Assembly (NCBI GenBank): GCA_963662315.1
Contig: OY759353.1
Span: 32,001 to 96,000 of the forward strand
Length of the DNA stretch: 64,000 nt
Direction of reading: 5' to 3'
From: Geopsychrobacteraceae bacterium
Lineage (GTDB): Bacteria > Desulfobacterota > Desulfuromonadia > Desulfuromonadales > Geopsychrobacteraceae
Shown: piece after piece, positions 28,209 through 38,310 of the stretch
Layout of the letters: every line of letters starts with the position of its first letter
How positions within the stretch are numbered: position 1 is the stretch's first letter
Made by a program: the position numbers and the translations under genes
Notes under the pieces: model-generated
What the model saw: the letters and a program-made list of their open reading frames with translations, nothing else
Told to the model about the DNA's origin: nothing
Databases searched by the model: none

Positions 28209-29414
28209 TCATTCACGCACCTGCCGGTTCGCCAGCTCCTCATCCGTCAATTCCGGTGCTCCTTCACTTAAGGAGATACCGCTGAGCAGAACATTTTCTC
28301 CCATTTTTTCCAGCAGTTTCAAAAAATTCATGACCAGGTAAGGGTTGAGCTGGGTGCCGGCGCTATCCAGCAGCAGGCCGCAGATTTTTGGCAAGTCCCA
28401 AGGTTCTTTGTAGGACCGCCGGGTCCGCAGGGCGTCAAAGATGTCTGAGATCATGGTTATCTGACTGCAGACATTGGTCTTCCAGCCCTTCGGCATTTGG
28501 GGATAACCGGTCAGGTCATAGCGCATGTGGTGTTCAAAAGCGGCGAGAATGGCCAGTTTGGGGATTCTATCCTGGTTCATCAGGTATTGTGCACCACGGG
28601 ACGGGTGCTGGCTTATTTGTTCGAATTCTTCTTCGGTGAGCTGACCGGATTTGCCAATGATTTCCTTATCAATGAAAGTTTTTCCGGCATCGTGCAGCAT
28701 CCCGGCAATGCCGACATCGCGCAGCAGGTCTTCGTCCAGGCCGAGGGTCATCCCCTGGGCGATGTTGAGAATGGCGACGTTCAGGGAATGGGTAAAGGAA
28801 TATTCGTCTTCCATGCGCAAGGGCACCAGAGCCAGAAGGGGATTGGCCTGCTGCTGGAATGCAGCGACGAAACCGGCTACGATCTGTGTGGTTTCCTTGA
28901 TATTGCACTCATCCTTGTTGCTGAGACTGGCATAAAAGTCTTCCAGGCTCTGCAGTTCTTCCGGAGACAGGTCTTCAAACCGCGCAATCGGGCGTGGCGC
29001 ATCGATGTTGGTCTGAATATCGATGAGTCCACAGCGAATATGCGGTGCATTCAGGTCAAGGGCCTTTACCTCAGCAACGCCGAGAGCGACCTGGAAAAAC
29101 AAGATGATTTCAGCAGGGGTTATCCCTTGGAGAAAACTGATGAATTCTATGTTTCGAGACTGCAGCCTGCTGGCAATGCGTTTGGTATGCGGGGTACTTG
29201 GCAACGGCTTGCCGTCGTAAAGCAGGTCTTTTTTGATGCTGAGAAAGGTTAATTCCTGCTGGCTGTTCAGGAGTGAAGACAGGGTATCCTGAAATCGCGG
29301 CAGCAGCAGTGTGGCCCGATTATGCTCGATGGAATAAAGGGCCGCGGTCGCCAGGATGGACGACATCTGTTGCAGGGCATTTTCGAGGGAATAGCGATCC
29401 AGTGGTTGACTCAT
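28209..29414 (-). CDS. HD-GYP domain phosphohydrolase (likely cyclic-dinucleotide phosphodiesterase)
   Basis: HSLNVA, LHDAGK, HP.RG, EHHMRYDLTGYP and DIFDALRT.RSYK motifs. Confidence 0.9.
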   Translation of the reverse strand: MSQPLDRYSLENALQQMSSILATAALYSIEHNRATLLLPRFQDTLSSLLNSQQELTFLSIKKDLLYDGKPLPSTPHTKRIASRLQSRNIEFISFLQGITPAEIILFFQVALGVAEVKALDLNAPHIRCGLIDIQTNIDAPRPIARFEDLSPEELQSLEDFYASLSNKDECNIKETTQIVAGFVAAFQQQANPLLALVPLRMEDEYSFTHSLNVAILNIAQGMTLGLDEDLLRDVGIAGMLHDAGKTFIDKEIIGKSGQLTEEEFEQISQHPSRGAQYLMNQDRIPKLAILAAFEHHMRYDLTGYPQMPKGWKTNVCSQITMISDIFDALRTRRSYKEPWDLPKICGLLLDSAGTQLNPYLVMNFLKLLEKMGENVLLSGISLSEGAPELTDEELANRQVRE

Positions 29415-31585
29415 GCTTCACTCCGTCCCGACAGTTTGTGCATGACTTGTTTCGCCTGCAATTTTGCGTCTCCTGTTCCTTCCTCAATCTGTTGCTTCAG
29501 CAGTGGCATTGCCTGCTCGGCGGAATAGTTTTGCAAGGCTTTGACAATTTCCAGTTTCAGTTGATTGTAGGTCCGCGCATGCAAAAGTTTTTTATTTTTA
29601 AGTATTTTAGCAAAAATTGCCAGAGCGCGTTCTTCCCGGTGTTTGCCGAGGCTGTGGACCACGGCTTTTTTGACTTCAAAATCAAATTTAAAGAGTTGTT
29701 CCTTTTTTAGTAATATCAGCAGCTTATTAATCAGTTCCGGTATGTGAACCAGTCCAAGAAGAGAAATCGCATACATGACATCCTCGTGATTTGCAGAAGA
29801 CAGGTTTTTCTCAAGCTGCTTCAAGGACGATACGTCTTTGAGTAACAGACATGTTTTTAACGCTTCCTGGCGGACGCGGTGATGTTTGTGCTCACGAAAT
29901 GGCCTGATCTGCGGCAGGTCTTTCTTGTTGCCCAGACTTCCCAGCAGAAACAGCATGTTGCGAAGGACATACCAGCGCCGGTCAGCAAGGTAAGGGCTGA
30001 TTAATTCCGATATGTTGTCCACCGATGTCCCGATTTTTCGCAGGTTGTTCAGGAACAACAACCGCGCAGCCCGGTCTGCTTCAATGTTGACTGCTTCCAG
30101 CAGATGGGGGACGAACACCGGTCCGAATAGGCCGATCAGTTCATTGAGCAGCGGGTGGCAATTTTTTCCTAACCGCGCTGCGTCTTTAAGAGCTTGAGAG
30201 TAGAAGGTGCTCGGAAGCAGGTTGGCCAGCGTGGCGATTTCGTCTGCGCTTTTGCCCGCTAAGAAACGGTGGCACAGGTTAACCAGACTGCAATAATCGG
30301 CTGACGCAAGGAAAAAACTGATGGCTTCTGCGAGCTGTTTGTGTAGTACGCTAAGGTGCGTCTGGTCCGCGCTGTGTTCCAGAATGTATAAAGCGATATT
30401 GGCAATCTGCTCCTCAATCCGGACATCTTCCAGGTCGGTTTTCAGCTTTTGCAAATGCGAACTGAGCGCTTGAGGAATCTGTTCACTGGAGAGAATCTGC
30501 CGGAGCGTCTTCTGGTAACGTGATGGGACGTATTTATCGAATTGGTCGCCAAGAAGAAGTTCTTTGGTCTGCTTGATCCGTTCTTCACGGGTTGCCTGAA
30601 CGACGGCAAGTTCCTCTGCTGCTGCCAGGTTCCTGGAGCCGGCGAGTTTTGAGATAAGCGACATGACGATCGGTGAAGCATGGCTGTTATGCCGAGAAAC
30701 CTGCTGGAAGGCGTCCAGAATTGCATCGTCTGAGAAGCCGTTGAAGAACAATTCGGCATTGTTTTTCAGCAGTTGCAGATTGCAGACCCCGGCCAGGAGA
30801 CTCTTTCTGGTCTTTTGATCAAGATGGCCGATAAAGCTGGCCAGTTTCAGGTAGGTCGCTGCTTTTTCGCTCTGAACCTTTTGTGACTGGGCGGCGCTGA
30901 CCGATTGGTTCACAAGCTGTGATAGGCGTTTTTGTCTGGCGTTGCGATGGTCCTCCTCTCCGAGCTTGAGCAGGGCGGATATCTTTTCCGCCAGCTCGGC
31001 TGGAGAGATGGTGTCGCTGTCAATCTCTTCCTCGCTGTCCTCTGCCAACACGGACAGCAGCGCCCGGGCAAACTGCTGCCAGAATTCGTTTGCTGATTGG
31101 ATATGTTCAAACAGTCGGCTGTCTTTATGCCCTTCCAGAAGATTGAAATCCTCGCGGGACATTTCCGTGACCTGCACCCCGGTGATTTCGAGCTGCTCCA
31201 GGCAGGCGCGAATACCGCCTTGATCCCAGGTTTCGGAGGGTTTTTCCATGAGCAGATGCAAGAACGCGTAGAGTTCTTTGATCGTCAGGTCCGGAGTCAG
31301 GCTGAAGGTGGCGATGCCGTGCTGAAACATGCAAAAAGCAAAGTCGATAAAGAGCTTGTTCTGCGGGCTCAGCGGTTCCCCTTTGAATAAGAAACTGTAC
31401 TTTGCTACGCTGACCTGAATGATGATGTCCTGATGGAAGCATTCTGTCAGTAGCTTCACCAGTTTGTCTGTCGCCTCTTGGACGATGGCATTTTTCTCGT
31501 CGTGGAGACTCAGGTGTTTGCTCAATACGAAGAGGTTGTGCAGAACCTCAGTGACTCGTGTACGGGATGAGTGATTGTTATTCAT
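29411..31585 (-). CDS. HEAT-repeat protein translationally coupled to the HD-GYP gene
   Basis: C-terminal helical repeats (LADRRWYVLRNMLFLLG, H..HRVRQEALK); 4-bp overlap with the HD-GYP start. Confidence 0.75.
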   Translation of the reverse strand: MNNNHSSRTRVTEVLHNLFVLSKHLSLHDEKNAIVQEATDKLVKLLTECFHQDIIIQVSVAKYSFLFKGEPLSPQNKLFIDFAFCMFQHGIATFSLTPDLTIKELYAFLHLLMEKPSETWDQGGIRACLEQLEITGVQVTEMSREDFNLLEGHKDSRLFEHIQSANEFWQQFARALLSVLAEDSEEEIDSDTISPAELAEKISALLKLGEEDHRNARQKRLSQLVNQSVSAAQSQKVQSEKAATYLKLASFIGHLDQKTRKSLLAGVCNLQLLKNNAELFFNGFSDDAILDAFQQVSRHNSHASPIVMSLISKLAGSRNLAAAEELAVVQATREERIKQTKELLLGDQFDKYVPSRYQKTLRQILSSEQIPQALSSHLQKLKTDLEDVRIEEQIANIALYILEHSADQTHLSVLHKQLAEAISFFLASADYCSLVNLCHRFLAGKSADEIATLANLLPSTFYSQALKDAARLGKNCHPLLNELIGLFGPVFVPHLLEAVNIEADRAARLLFLNNLRKIGTSVDNISELISPYLADRRWYVLRNMLFLLGSLGNKKDLPQIRPFREHKHHRVRQEALKTCLLLKDVSSLKQLEKNLSSANHEDVMYAISLLGLVHIPELINKLLILLKKEQLFKFDFEVKKAVVHSLGKHREERALAIFAKILKNKKLLHARTYNQLKLEIVKALQNYSAEQAMPLLKQQIEEGTGDAKLQAKQVMHKLSGRSEA

Positions 31586-31752
31586 TTGCCCTTATTCTGT
31601 CGGCGACCCGGGAAGGGACACCTCAGTTAGTTTCCATCCAACGTTTCCGGATGATAACCAGTTCGGTATTGTATTCCAAGATAGCACAATCATTGGGGGA
31701 TATCTATATTTGGATGGACAGGGGGATTTGGAAATCGACCCGAAAAACAAAA

Positions 31753-31798
31753 GGTACGAAGGCCGGAATCGAACCAGCACACCCAAAAGTCCTTCGGC
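31753..31798 (-). pseudogene. Collapsed tRNA-like relic (acceptor stem plus T-arm, tRNA-Leu-like)
   Basis: Minus strand reads GCCGAAG-GACTTTTGGGTGT-GCTGG-TTCGATT-CCGGC-CTTCGT-ACC: a canonical T-arm and near-complementary acceptor strands, with no D or anticodon arm. Confidence 0.5.
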
Positions 31799-32558
31799 AG
31801 TCCTTGATGGGGCATGGCTATTTTTAATGGCTCAATTCGAAAATTGAAAATCTTATGTCGATAAATTTACATTGATGGCTTTGTGGAAACGGTCGGTTTG
31901 TAACTCTATGAAAATTATATATATTGTTTTTTGCTTGGATTTTGCTTCGTTGCTAGCCATGAAATTTTTGTGAGCTGCGTTTGTTTTAAACTTTTATCGA
32001 AGGAGATTTTGCATTGTGTCATGTGTCATTCCTTTCGTTCTGTAGATAATAGTGAAATGACACAGATTTTTGAGCACGACTGTTAAAAAAACGATTGGAA
32101 AATCATAAATCTGTAAGATTCTGTGTGTATGTTGTCGTAATGTGAGAAGCTGAGTAAGCCAGCAACGACCTCATTCGAAACTAGCTGTGGGGCAAAACTG
32201 ACAGACAATTGTCATGAAGAGCTATCTGCTGCCGCAGAGCAAAGTGAAAAACTCTATGATCTGGCCCTCTCTATCGGTTTAGCTGAAGGTGCTGAAAAAG
32301 CAGCTTTGATAGAGGATCTTAATGCCACCACGATAGTACTGCAGCAATTACAGCCTGAAGTCGTTAATCTTATTACGCAGCTGAATATGTACTTTGATAA
32401 ACAGGGCGTTTTATGAAAAGACGTGCTCTGTCGGAAGATGATAGGTGAAGTGCTTTGGATAATCGATATTTCAGTGGTCTGTTTGACCGGGTTGCCTAAG
32501 CGTTTACTGGATGTTTCTAAAAATGTGAAGAATTTAATCGCAATAAGGAGGGGCTTTT

Positions 32559-34118
32559 TTGTCTGGGACTCTATTACGCTATTGTCTCGCTGTATTTTGT
32601 CTATTTATGTTTATGTTATCTGTCTTGGAGGGGAACGCCGTGGCTCGATTGCCGAACTATTCCAGTGATTTATCACAGATACAACAAATGGTTTATGTGC
32701 TACGCCATACTTTGGAAGCCTATCGTGATGAAAGCTCACTGTCTGGCTCTGTACTGCCCAAGGCTGAGCCAGAAGGCGCATATTTTCTGCAGCCTGAAGT
32801 ACGTTACCGGCTGAAATCATATTGGTTTTCTGTCTGCGATACCTATGTTGCCCTGGACCGCCTTGATCAATCATTAGCGCAATTGGCAGATCTTGGTGAT
32901 GGGTCTGAACACAAACGGATCTTTTTTCTGCGCCGCAGCATTTTTCTGACGCAATATCGCATGGCGCTTGAACTGATTCCGGCTCTGGAGCGTTACCGGG
33001 CTGTTCCTGTTATTTTGAATGAAGCTGACGAGCAGCTTGGCCTGCAAGCGCAGTTGTATGACGAATTCAAATATCAGTATCTCAATCTGATTAAGGCCGG
33101 ACGTTTTACGGCTCAGGAAGCTGTGGCTCGTTACTATGGCGAGAGCTCTGATGAACAACTGGTTGCCTGGGCTGATGAAGATTGCGGCCTTATTCTGAAA
33201 TCGGGGCAAGGGGAAGGGCCCAGATTAACGCTGAAAAACGGTCTGGAAATCCTCAAGCAGACTGGCAGTAAAGCCTGGTTCCCTGTGCAGAAAAGGGTCG
33301 CTAACTGGATGGGGAACACCAAGGTCTGGCGCCTTGATCGGCCATTGATCAAGGCTGAGCAGATCGCCGACATGAGAACCCTTCTTGAACCTGGTGATAT
33401 TCTGCTGGAGCGTCGTGAATGGTATATGACGAACTTGGGTATTCCAGGATTCTGGACTCATGCCGCTATTTATATTGGTACGCCTGAGCAGCGTGCGGCA
33501 TTCTCAGGTGTGCCTGATGTTGCAGGCTGGCTGGCTGATCAGGGCGTAAGTTCTATCGACGAACTGATCGGCAAACGTTACCCCGATGTTGCACCTCGTT
33601 TATCCCAACCCTATGTTGATGGAAAGTCGCCTGAGGTGATCGAATCCATTGCAGCTGGTGTGTCTCTGACGTCACTTGAACACTCTGCAGGCTGTGATTC
33701 CATCGCAATTCTGCGTCCGCGGCTAAGTGCGGCTGATCGGGCGGCTGCCGTGGTCAGTGCCATGCGATATCAGGGGCGTCCTTATGATTACGCTTTTGAC
33801 TTCAATAGTGATGCAAGCCTTGTTTGTACGGAACTGGTGGTCAAGGCTTATCTGGACAGCCCGGAAAAGCGGGGGTTGAAGCTGCCGCTGCAAAATCATC
33901 TTGGGCATCTTATTACTCCGGCCAACGTGTTTGCCAAACAGTTTGATGAACAGTTTGGTAAGGCTGAACAGCAGTTTGATCTCGTGCAGTTTATTGATGG
34001 GAATGAGTTGCAGGGGAACAGTGAAACTGCAACCATAGAGGTCTTTCGTGACAGCTGGAAGCGACCTAAATGGCACGTTCTGCTGGTCCGGAAAAATCTT
34101 GCTTCAGGAGGTAACTGA
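32559..34118 (+). CDS. Permuted papain-like NlpC/P60 (YiiX/YebB-like) enzyme, probably exported
   Basis: LEPGDILL, PGFWTHAAIYIG (His) preceding GRPYDYAFDF...LVCTELV (Cys); hydrophobic N-terminus. Confidence 0.82.
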   Translation: MSGTLLRYCLAVFCLFMFMLSVLEGNAVARLPNYSSDLSQIQQMVYVLRHTLEAYRDESSLSGSVLPKAEPEGAYFLQPEVRYRLKSYWFSVCDTYVALDRLDQSLAQLADLGDGSEHKRIFFLRRSIFLTQYRMALELIPALERYRAVPVILNEADEQLGLQAQLYDEFKYQYLNLIKAGRFTAQEAVARYYGESSDEQLVAWADEDCGLILKSGQGEGPRLTLKNGLEILKQTGSKAWFPVQKRVANWMGNTKVWRLDRPLIKAEQIADMRTLLEPGDILLERREWYMTNLGIPGFWTHAAIYIGTPEQRAAFSGVPDVAGWLADQGVSSIDELIGKRYPDVAPRLSQPYVDGKSPEVIESIAAGVSLTSLEHSAGCDSIAILRPRLSAADRAAAVVSAMRYQGRPYDYAFDFNSDASLVCTELVVKAYLDSPEKRGLKLPLQNHLGHLITPANVFAKQFDEQFGKAEQQFDLVQFIDGNELQGNSETATIEVFRDSWKRPKWHVLLVRKNLASGGN

Positions 34119-35167
34119 TGGCACGCATTATTTATGGAGTGTCAGGCGAAGGCTCCGGACACTCATCGAGGGCACGGGTGGTTCTTGAGCATCTGGAACA
34201 GCAGGGGCATGAAGTTAAGGTGATCACATATGATCGCGGGTATCAAAACTTAAGTGCTGATTTTGATGTATTTGCCAGTGTCGGACTGCATATTGTCAGC
34301 CGTAACAACAAGGTTGCGCCCCTGCCAACCCTGCTGAATAATCTGCAGAAAATTCCGCAAGGGATCAGTGTGTTGCAAGAATTACGGAAAACCATTTTCA
34401 AGCAGTTCGATCCTCAGTTGGTTTTAACTGATTTTGAACCTCTCACTGCTTACCTTGCCCAGCATTACGATCTGCCATTGATCAGTCTCGATAATCAGCA
34501 TCGCTTACGCTACATGGAATATGAGTGTCCGGCGGAGCTGAAATTCAACCGCGATGTGACCGTCAGTGTAATTCGCGCCATGGTGCCCAAGCCTGACGTG
34601 TCTCTGGTGACCACGTTTTGTCTTGGCGCGGTCAAAAACGCTCACACCTTTTTGTTTCCGCCTCTGTTACGCAAAGAGGTGACAGCGCTTAATCCAACCT
34701 GTGGCGATGCTGTTCTGGTATACCTAACCAGTGGTTATGAAGGTTTTATTGAGCTGCTTGATCGGTTTCCCCGCGAGCGGTTTATCATTTACGGCCAAGG
34801 TGATTGCGGGGAACGGGGAAATCTGCATTTCAAAGTCCCAAGTAAGGACGGTTTTCTGACCGATCTTGCGAACTGCAAGGCGGTTATGGCCACTGCTGGA
34901 TTCACCCTGATGACGGAAGCGCTGGCCCTGGGCAAACCTTATCTGGCGTTACCGATGGCAGGACAGTTCGAGCAGGAAATTAATGCGGTTTTCCTTGAGC
35001 AAATGGGTTGTGGTATGCGTGCCCCCACCCCAACACCGGATCAGATTGGTGCATTCTTGTACCGATTGCCGGATTTTAGTGACCAGCTTTCCAAACAGCC
35101 GAGTAACGATAATCAGGCGTTGCTGACCAAACTTGATAGTTTGATAGAGCAGTTTACTCAGGCGTAA
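34118..35167 (+). CDS. GT-B glycosyltransferase, MJ1255/VC2487-like
   Basis: IIYGVSGEGSGHSSR, TDFEP, SLDNQH and TAGFTLMTEAL.LGKP...P..GQFEQ motifs. Confidence 0.85.
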   Translation: MARIIYGVSGEGSGHSSRARVVLEHLEQQGHEVKVITYDRGYQNLSADFDVFASVGLHIVSRNNKVAPLPTLLNNLQKIPQGISVLQELRKTIFKQFDPQLVLTDFEPLTAYLAQHYDLPLISLDNQHRLRYMEYECPAELKFNRDVTVSVIRAMVPKPDVSLVTTFCLGAVKNAHTFLFPPLLRKEVTALNPTCGDAVLVYLTSGYEGFIELLDRFPRERFIIYGQGDCGERGNLHFKVPSKDGFLTDLANCKAVMATAGFTLMTEALALGKPYLALPMAGQFEQEINAVFLEQMGCGMRAPTPTPDQIGAFLYRLPDFSDQLSKQPSNDNQALLTKLDSLIEQFTQA

Positions 35168-35216
35168 CTCTGAATTACTGCATTGAACTGAGTCTTCTTG
35201 GAAGGATTTTTGAAAA

Positions 35217-36464
35217 ATGAAAAGTATCTACCGTCAGAGTCTGATGTTTTTGCTGTTGTCATCTCCTCTGTTGGTACTGTGCTCCTGTGGAGACTCCGGT
35301 TCTCATTCCGCAACAGGGGCTTCCGCTACTGCTGATAGTGAGCTGGTCCAGATTGAAGATTTTTCCTATCTGGGGGCTTTCCGACTGCCGGGCGGGACCT
35401 ATGGTGTTTCAAGTGTCGACTATGCCATTGGTCCATTGGCCTATAATCCGGATCACCACTCCATTTTTTTTGCCGGACACGATCATCATCATGCTATTGC
35501 TGAATTTGCAATTCCAGAACTGAGTCTTAGTGATGATCTGCTTGAGCTCAATGTCGCAGATGCTCCACTGCAGGATTTTATTTCGTTGTTGGAACTTCCC
35601 GCCGAGGGAAACCCCGAGGCCTTGAATCGCGTAACCGGCATGCTCTACCTTGACGGGCAACTGATTGTCAACGCCGAAAACTGGTATGATGCGCCGGGAG
35701 ACAATAAAGATACGACTCTGGTTGCGACAGAGGGTAACGATCTGTCCAATTCGGCAATCGAAGGTTATTTCGAGCTGGAAGGCGCAGCCCGGGCCGGTGG
35801 TTACATGGCCCCGATTCCTGCCGAATGGCAGGTCAGTTTTGGGGCGAACTATCTGACCGGCTGGTCATCAGTCTATTCTATTATCAGTCGTTACAGTGTT
35901 GGCCCAACTCTGTTTACCTTCGATCCCCAGGCCATGCTCACGGCTTCTGCCGGCAGTAACGGCACGGTTGCGACCACACCGTTTTTAAATTATGCCTATG
36001 GCTCTGGTCATTATCTTTCGGAAGATGCCCTGGTGAACGAAGAAGGTGGCGCTTCAGATCTGTGGAACTACCTGTCTAATGGGGTGTATGGTTTTATTGT
36101 CCCCGGGACCAGTACCTTTGCTGTATTTGGTTCTTCCGGTGGGATTAACAGTGGGATCGGCTATAAGATCACCCAGGATAACGGCAATCTGTGTGGCGGC
36201 CATTGTGCTTATGCCGCAGATGACTATTACAATTACTACTGGTTTTTTGATGTGCGCGAAATTCTGGTTGCTGAACATCCCTATGATGTCACACCGTATG
36301 CCTATGGTTCCTGGTCGGTTCCCTTTGATGATAACGGTAGGCATGCCATCATTGGTGGCACCTTTGATGAAGAGCATGGGGTTCTTTACCTGACTCTGTC
36401 CAAGGCTGGTCAGGTCGGAACCTATGACCGTCCGCCGGTTATCGTTGCCTTTCAGATCCCCTGA
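35217..36464 (+). CDS. Uncharacterised acidic, beta-rich lipoprotein
   Basis: Signal peptide with lipobox-like LCSC; rich in Y, G and D; coherent 415-aa ORF. Confidence 0.7.
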   Translation: MKSIYRQSLMFLLLSSPLLVLCSCGDSGSHSATGASATADSELVQIEDFSYLGAFRLPGGTYGVSSVDYAIGPLAYNPDHHSIFFAGHDHHHAIAEFAIPELSLSDDLLELNVADAPLQDFISLLELPAEGNPEALNRVTGMLYLDGQLIVNAENWYDAPGDNKDTTLVATEGNDLSNSAIEGYFELEGAARAGGYMAPIPAEWQVSFGANYLTGWSSVYSIISRYSVGPTLFTFDPQAMLTASAGSNGTVATTPFLNYAYGSGHYLSEDALVNEEGGASDLWNYLSNGVYGFIVPGTSTFAVFGSSGGINSGIGYKITQDNGNLCGGHCAYAADDYYNYYWFFDVREILVAEHPYDVTPYAYGSWSVPFDDNGRHAIIGGTFDEEHGVLYLTLSKAGQVGTYDRPPVIVAFQIP

Positions 36465-36631
36465 GACAATAGGACTTGTTGGTGTGTCAGGTGAAGCCTT
36501 CCTCTCATTATAGCGATGGTGAGGTGACTGGACTCCAGGATGATTAGCGCATATTCATTTCGTTAGGCATTTCTGGCACCTTCCTGTATGCTAAGTTCAT
36601 TGAAACTTTCTGAATAAAAACGAGGATATCG

Positions 36632-37102
36632 ATGGAAAAGTCAAAAACGGTTGCGCTTGTCGCTCATGATAACAGAAAGCTGGATCTTATTGAGTGGGTA
36701 AAACATAACGCTCATGTGCTGAAAACGCACACCCTGTATTCAACCGGGACGACCGGACGTTTGGTTGAAGCGGCTTTGCAGGAGATTCTTCCTGCCGAAG
36801 AGTTTGCAGGGATTTCTATTACGAAATTAAAGTCAGGCCCTTTGGGGGGGGATCAGCAACTGGGGGCTCTGATTTGTGATGGTCAAATAGATATGCTGAT
36901 CTTTCTCTGGGATCCGATGGAACCTCAGCCCCATGAGGTCGATATCAAGGCCTTGCTGAGAATTTCGGTTCTTTACAATGTGCCGACCGCATGTAACCGT
37001 TCAACTGCGGATTTCATGATCTCTTCGCCACTGATGAATGAAGAGTATGCTCCGCAGCTGAAAGATTACAGTACCTATTTGAATCGGAGCCTGGGCTCCT
37101 GA
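36632..37102 (+). CDS. mgsA: Methylglyoxal synthase
   Basis: ALVAHDNRK, TGTTG, SGPLGGDQQ and PHEVDIKALLR motifs. Confidence 0.95.
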   Translation: MEKSKTVALVAHDNRKLDLIEWVKHNAHVLKTHTLYSTGTTGRLVEAALQEILPAEEFAGISITKLKSGPLGGDQQLGALICDGQIDMLIFLWDPMEPQPHEVDIKALLRISVLYNVPTACNRSTADFMISSPLMNEEYAPQLKDYSTYLNRSLGS

Positions 37103-37107
37103 ATAGC

Positions 37108-38220
37108 TTATTTGCCCGCCAGGTAATTGCCGAGGAATTCTTTTTTGAACTCCTTATAGTTGTTATTTTCAATTGCTGTGCGGGCCTCTGCAACCATATT
37201 GAGGTAAAAGCGGACATTGTGGATTGCAGCCAGAGTCGCTGAGAGTATTTCGTTGGCATTGTACAAGTGGTGCATGTACGCGCGGGTGAAATTGCGGCAG
37301 CAATAACAGTCGCAGGACGCATCGACCGGGAAAAAGTCGCGGCGGAAGTTGCGGTTGGTCAACCGGATTTTACCCCTTTTGGTGAATAGTGTCGCACTTC
37401 GGGCATAGCGGGTTGGTATAACACAGTCGAACATATCCATACCACGCTCGATGGACTCAAGAATATCCTCTGGCAGTCCGACGCCCATCAGGTAGCGAGG
37501 TTTGTTCTTGGGCATGAAGGGTTCGGTATATTCAACCACTTTTTTCAGGAGATCGAGACCTTCACCAACACTGACGCCGCCGATAGCATAACCGGGGAAG
37601 TCCATGGCTGTCAGCTCTTCGGCGCAAATGCGGCGCAGGTCCTCGTAAACACTCCCCTGGACGATGCCGAACAGTGCCTGGTCCTGGCTGCGGGAATGAT
37701 GTTTCAGGCAGCTCTCTGCCCAACGCAGGGTTTTCTTGATCGATTTGGCGGCGTAATCATGGGTTGCCGGGTAGGGAATACACTCATCAAAGGCCATGAT
37801 AATATCCGCGCCCAGATCGTTTTCAATCTGCATGGCTTCTTTGGGACCGAGGAATATTTCTTCACCGGTTACTTCATGTCGGAAATGAACGCCGTCTTCG
37901 CCGATTCTTTTCTTGGGCAAAGAAAAAACCTGAAAACCTCCGCTGTCCGTTAAAATCGGTTTGTTCCAGTTCATGAATTTGTGCAAGCCACCAGCTTTTT
38001 TGACCAGGGCTTCACCCGGTTTCAGATGCAGGTGATAGGTATTGGAAAGGATGATCTGCGCTTCAGTTTCTTCAACCTGCGCCGGGGTCATGGCTTTCAG
38101 GGCACCATGGGTGCCAACCGGCATAAAAATGGGGGTCTCAATAACGCCATGGGGCGTTTCGAGTCGTCCTCTGCGGGCCCTCGTGTTACTATCTTCATTC
38201 AACAGGGTAAATTGAAACAT
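37108..38220 (-). CDS. tgt: tRNA-guanine(34) transglycosylase
   Basis: TPIFMPVGT, NTYHL, TDSGGFQVFSL, DMFDCV and zinc site C.C.CC...H. Confidence 0.96.
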   Translation of the reverse strand: MFQFTLLNEDSNTRARRGRLETPHGVIETPIFMPVGTHGALKAMTPAQVEETEAQIILSNTYHLHLKPGEALVKKAGGLHKFMNWNKPILTDSGGFQVFSLPKKRIGEDGVHFRHEVTGEEIFLGPKEAMQIENDLGADIIMAFDECIPYPATHDYAAKSIKKTLRWAESCLKHHSRSQDQALFGIVQGSVYEDLRRICAEELTAMDFPGYAIGGVSVGEGLDLLKKVVEYTEPFMPKNKPRYLMGVGLPEDILESIERGMDMFDCVIPTRYARSATLFTKRGKIRLTNRNFRRDFFPVDASCDCYCCRNFTRAYMHHLYNANEILSATLAAIHNVRFYLNMVAEARTAIENNNYKEFKKEFLGNYLAGK

Positions 38221-38310
38221 CCTTATCCTTTCTTGTGTTCAGGCAATTTCGATCAATCGCTAGACTTGTAGCAGAAAATCAAGGTTTGGCGCAATGAAAT
38301 CGGTGAACTG

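Noticed and set aside
28497..29252. 251-aa plus-strand ORF
   Set aside because: Antisense shadow of the HD-GYP gene.
31586..31750. Possible cyclic-dinucleotide (GEMM) riboswitch upstream of the HEAT/HD-GYP operon
   Set aside because: The conserved GEMM motifs were not found on either strand.
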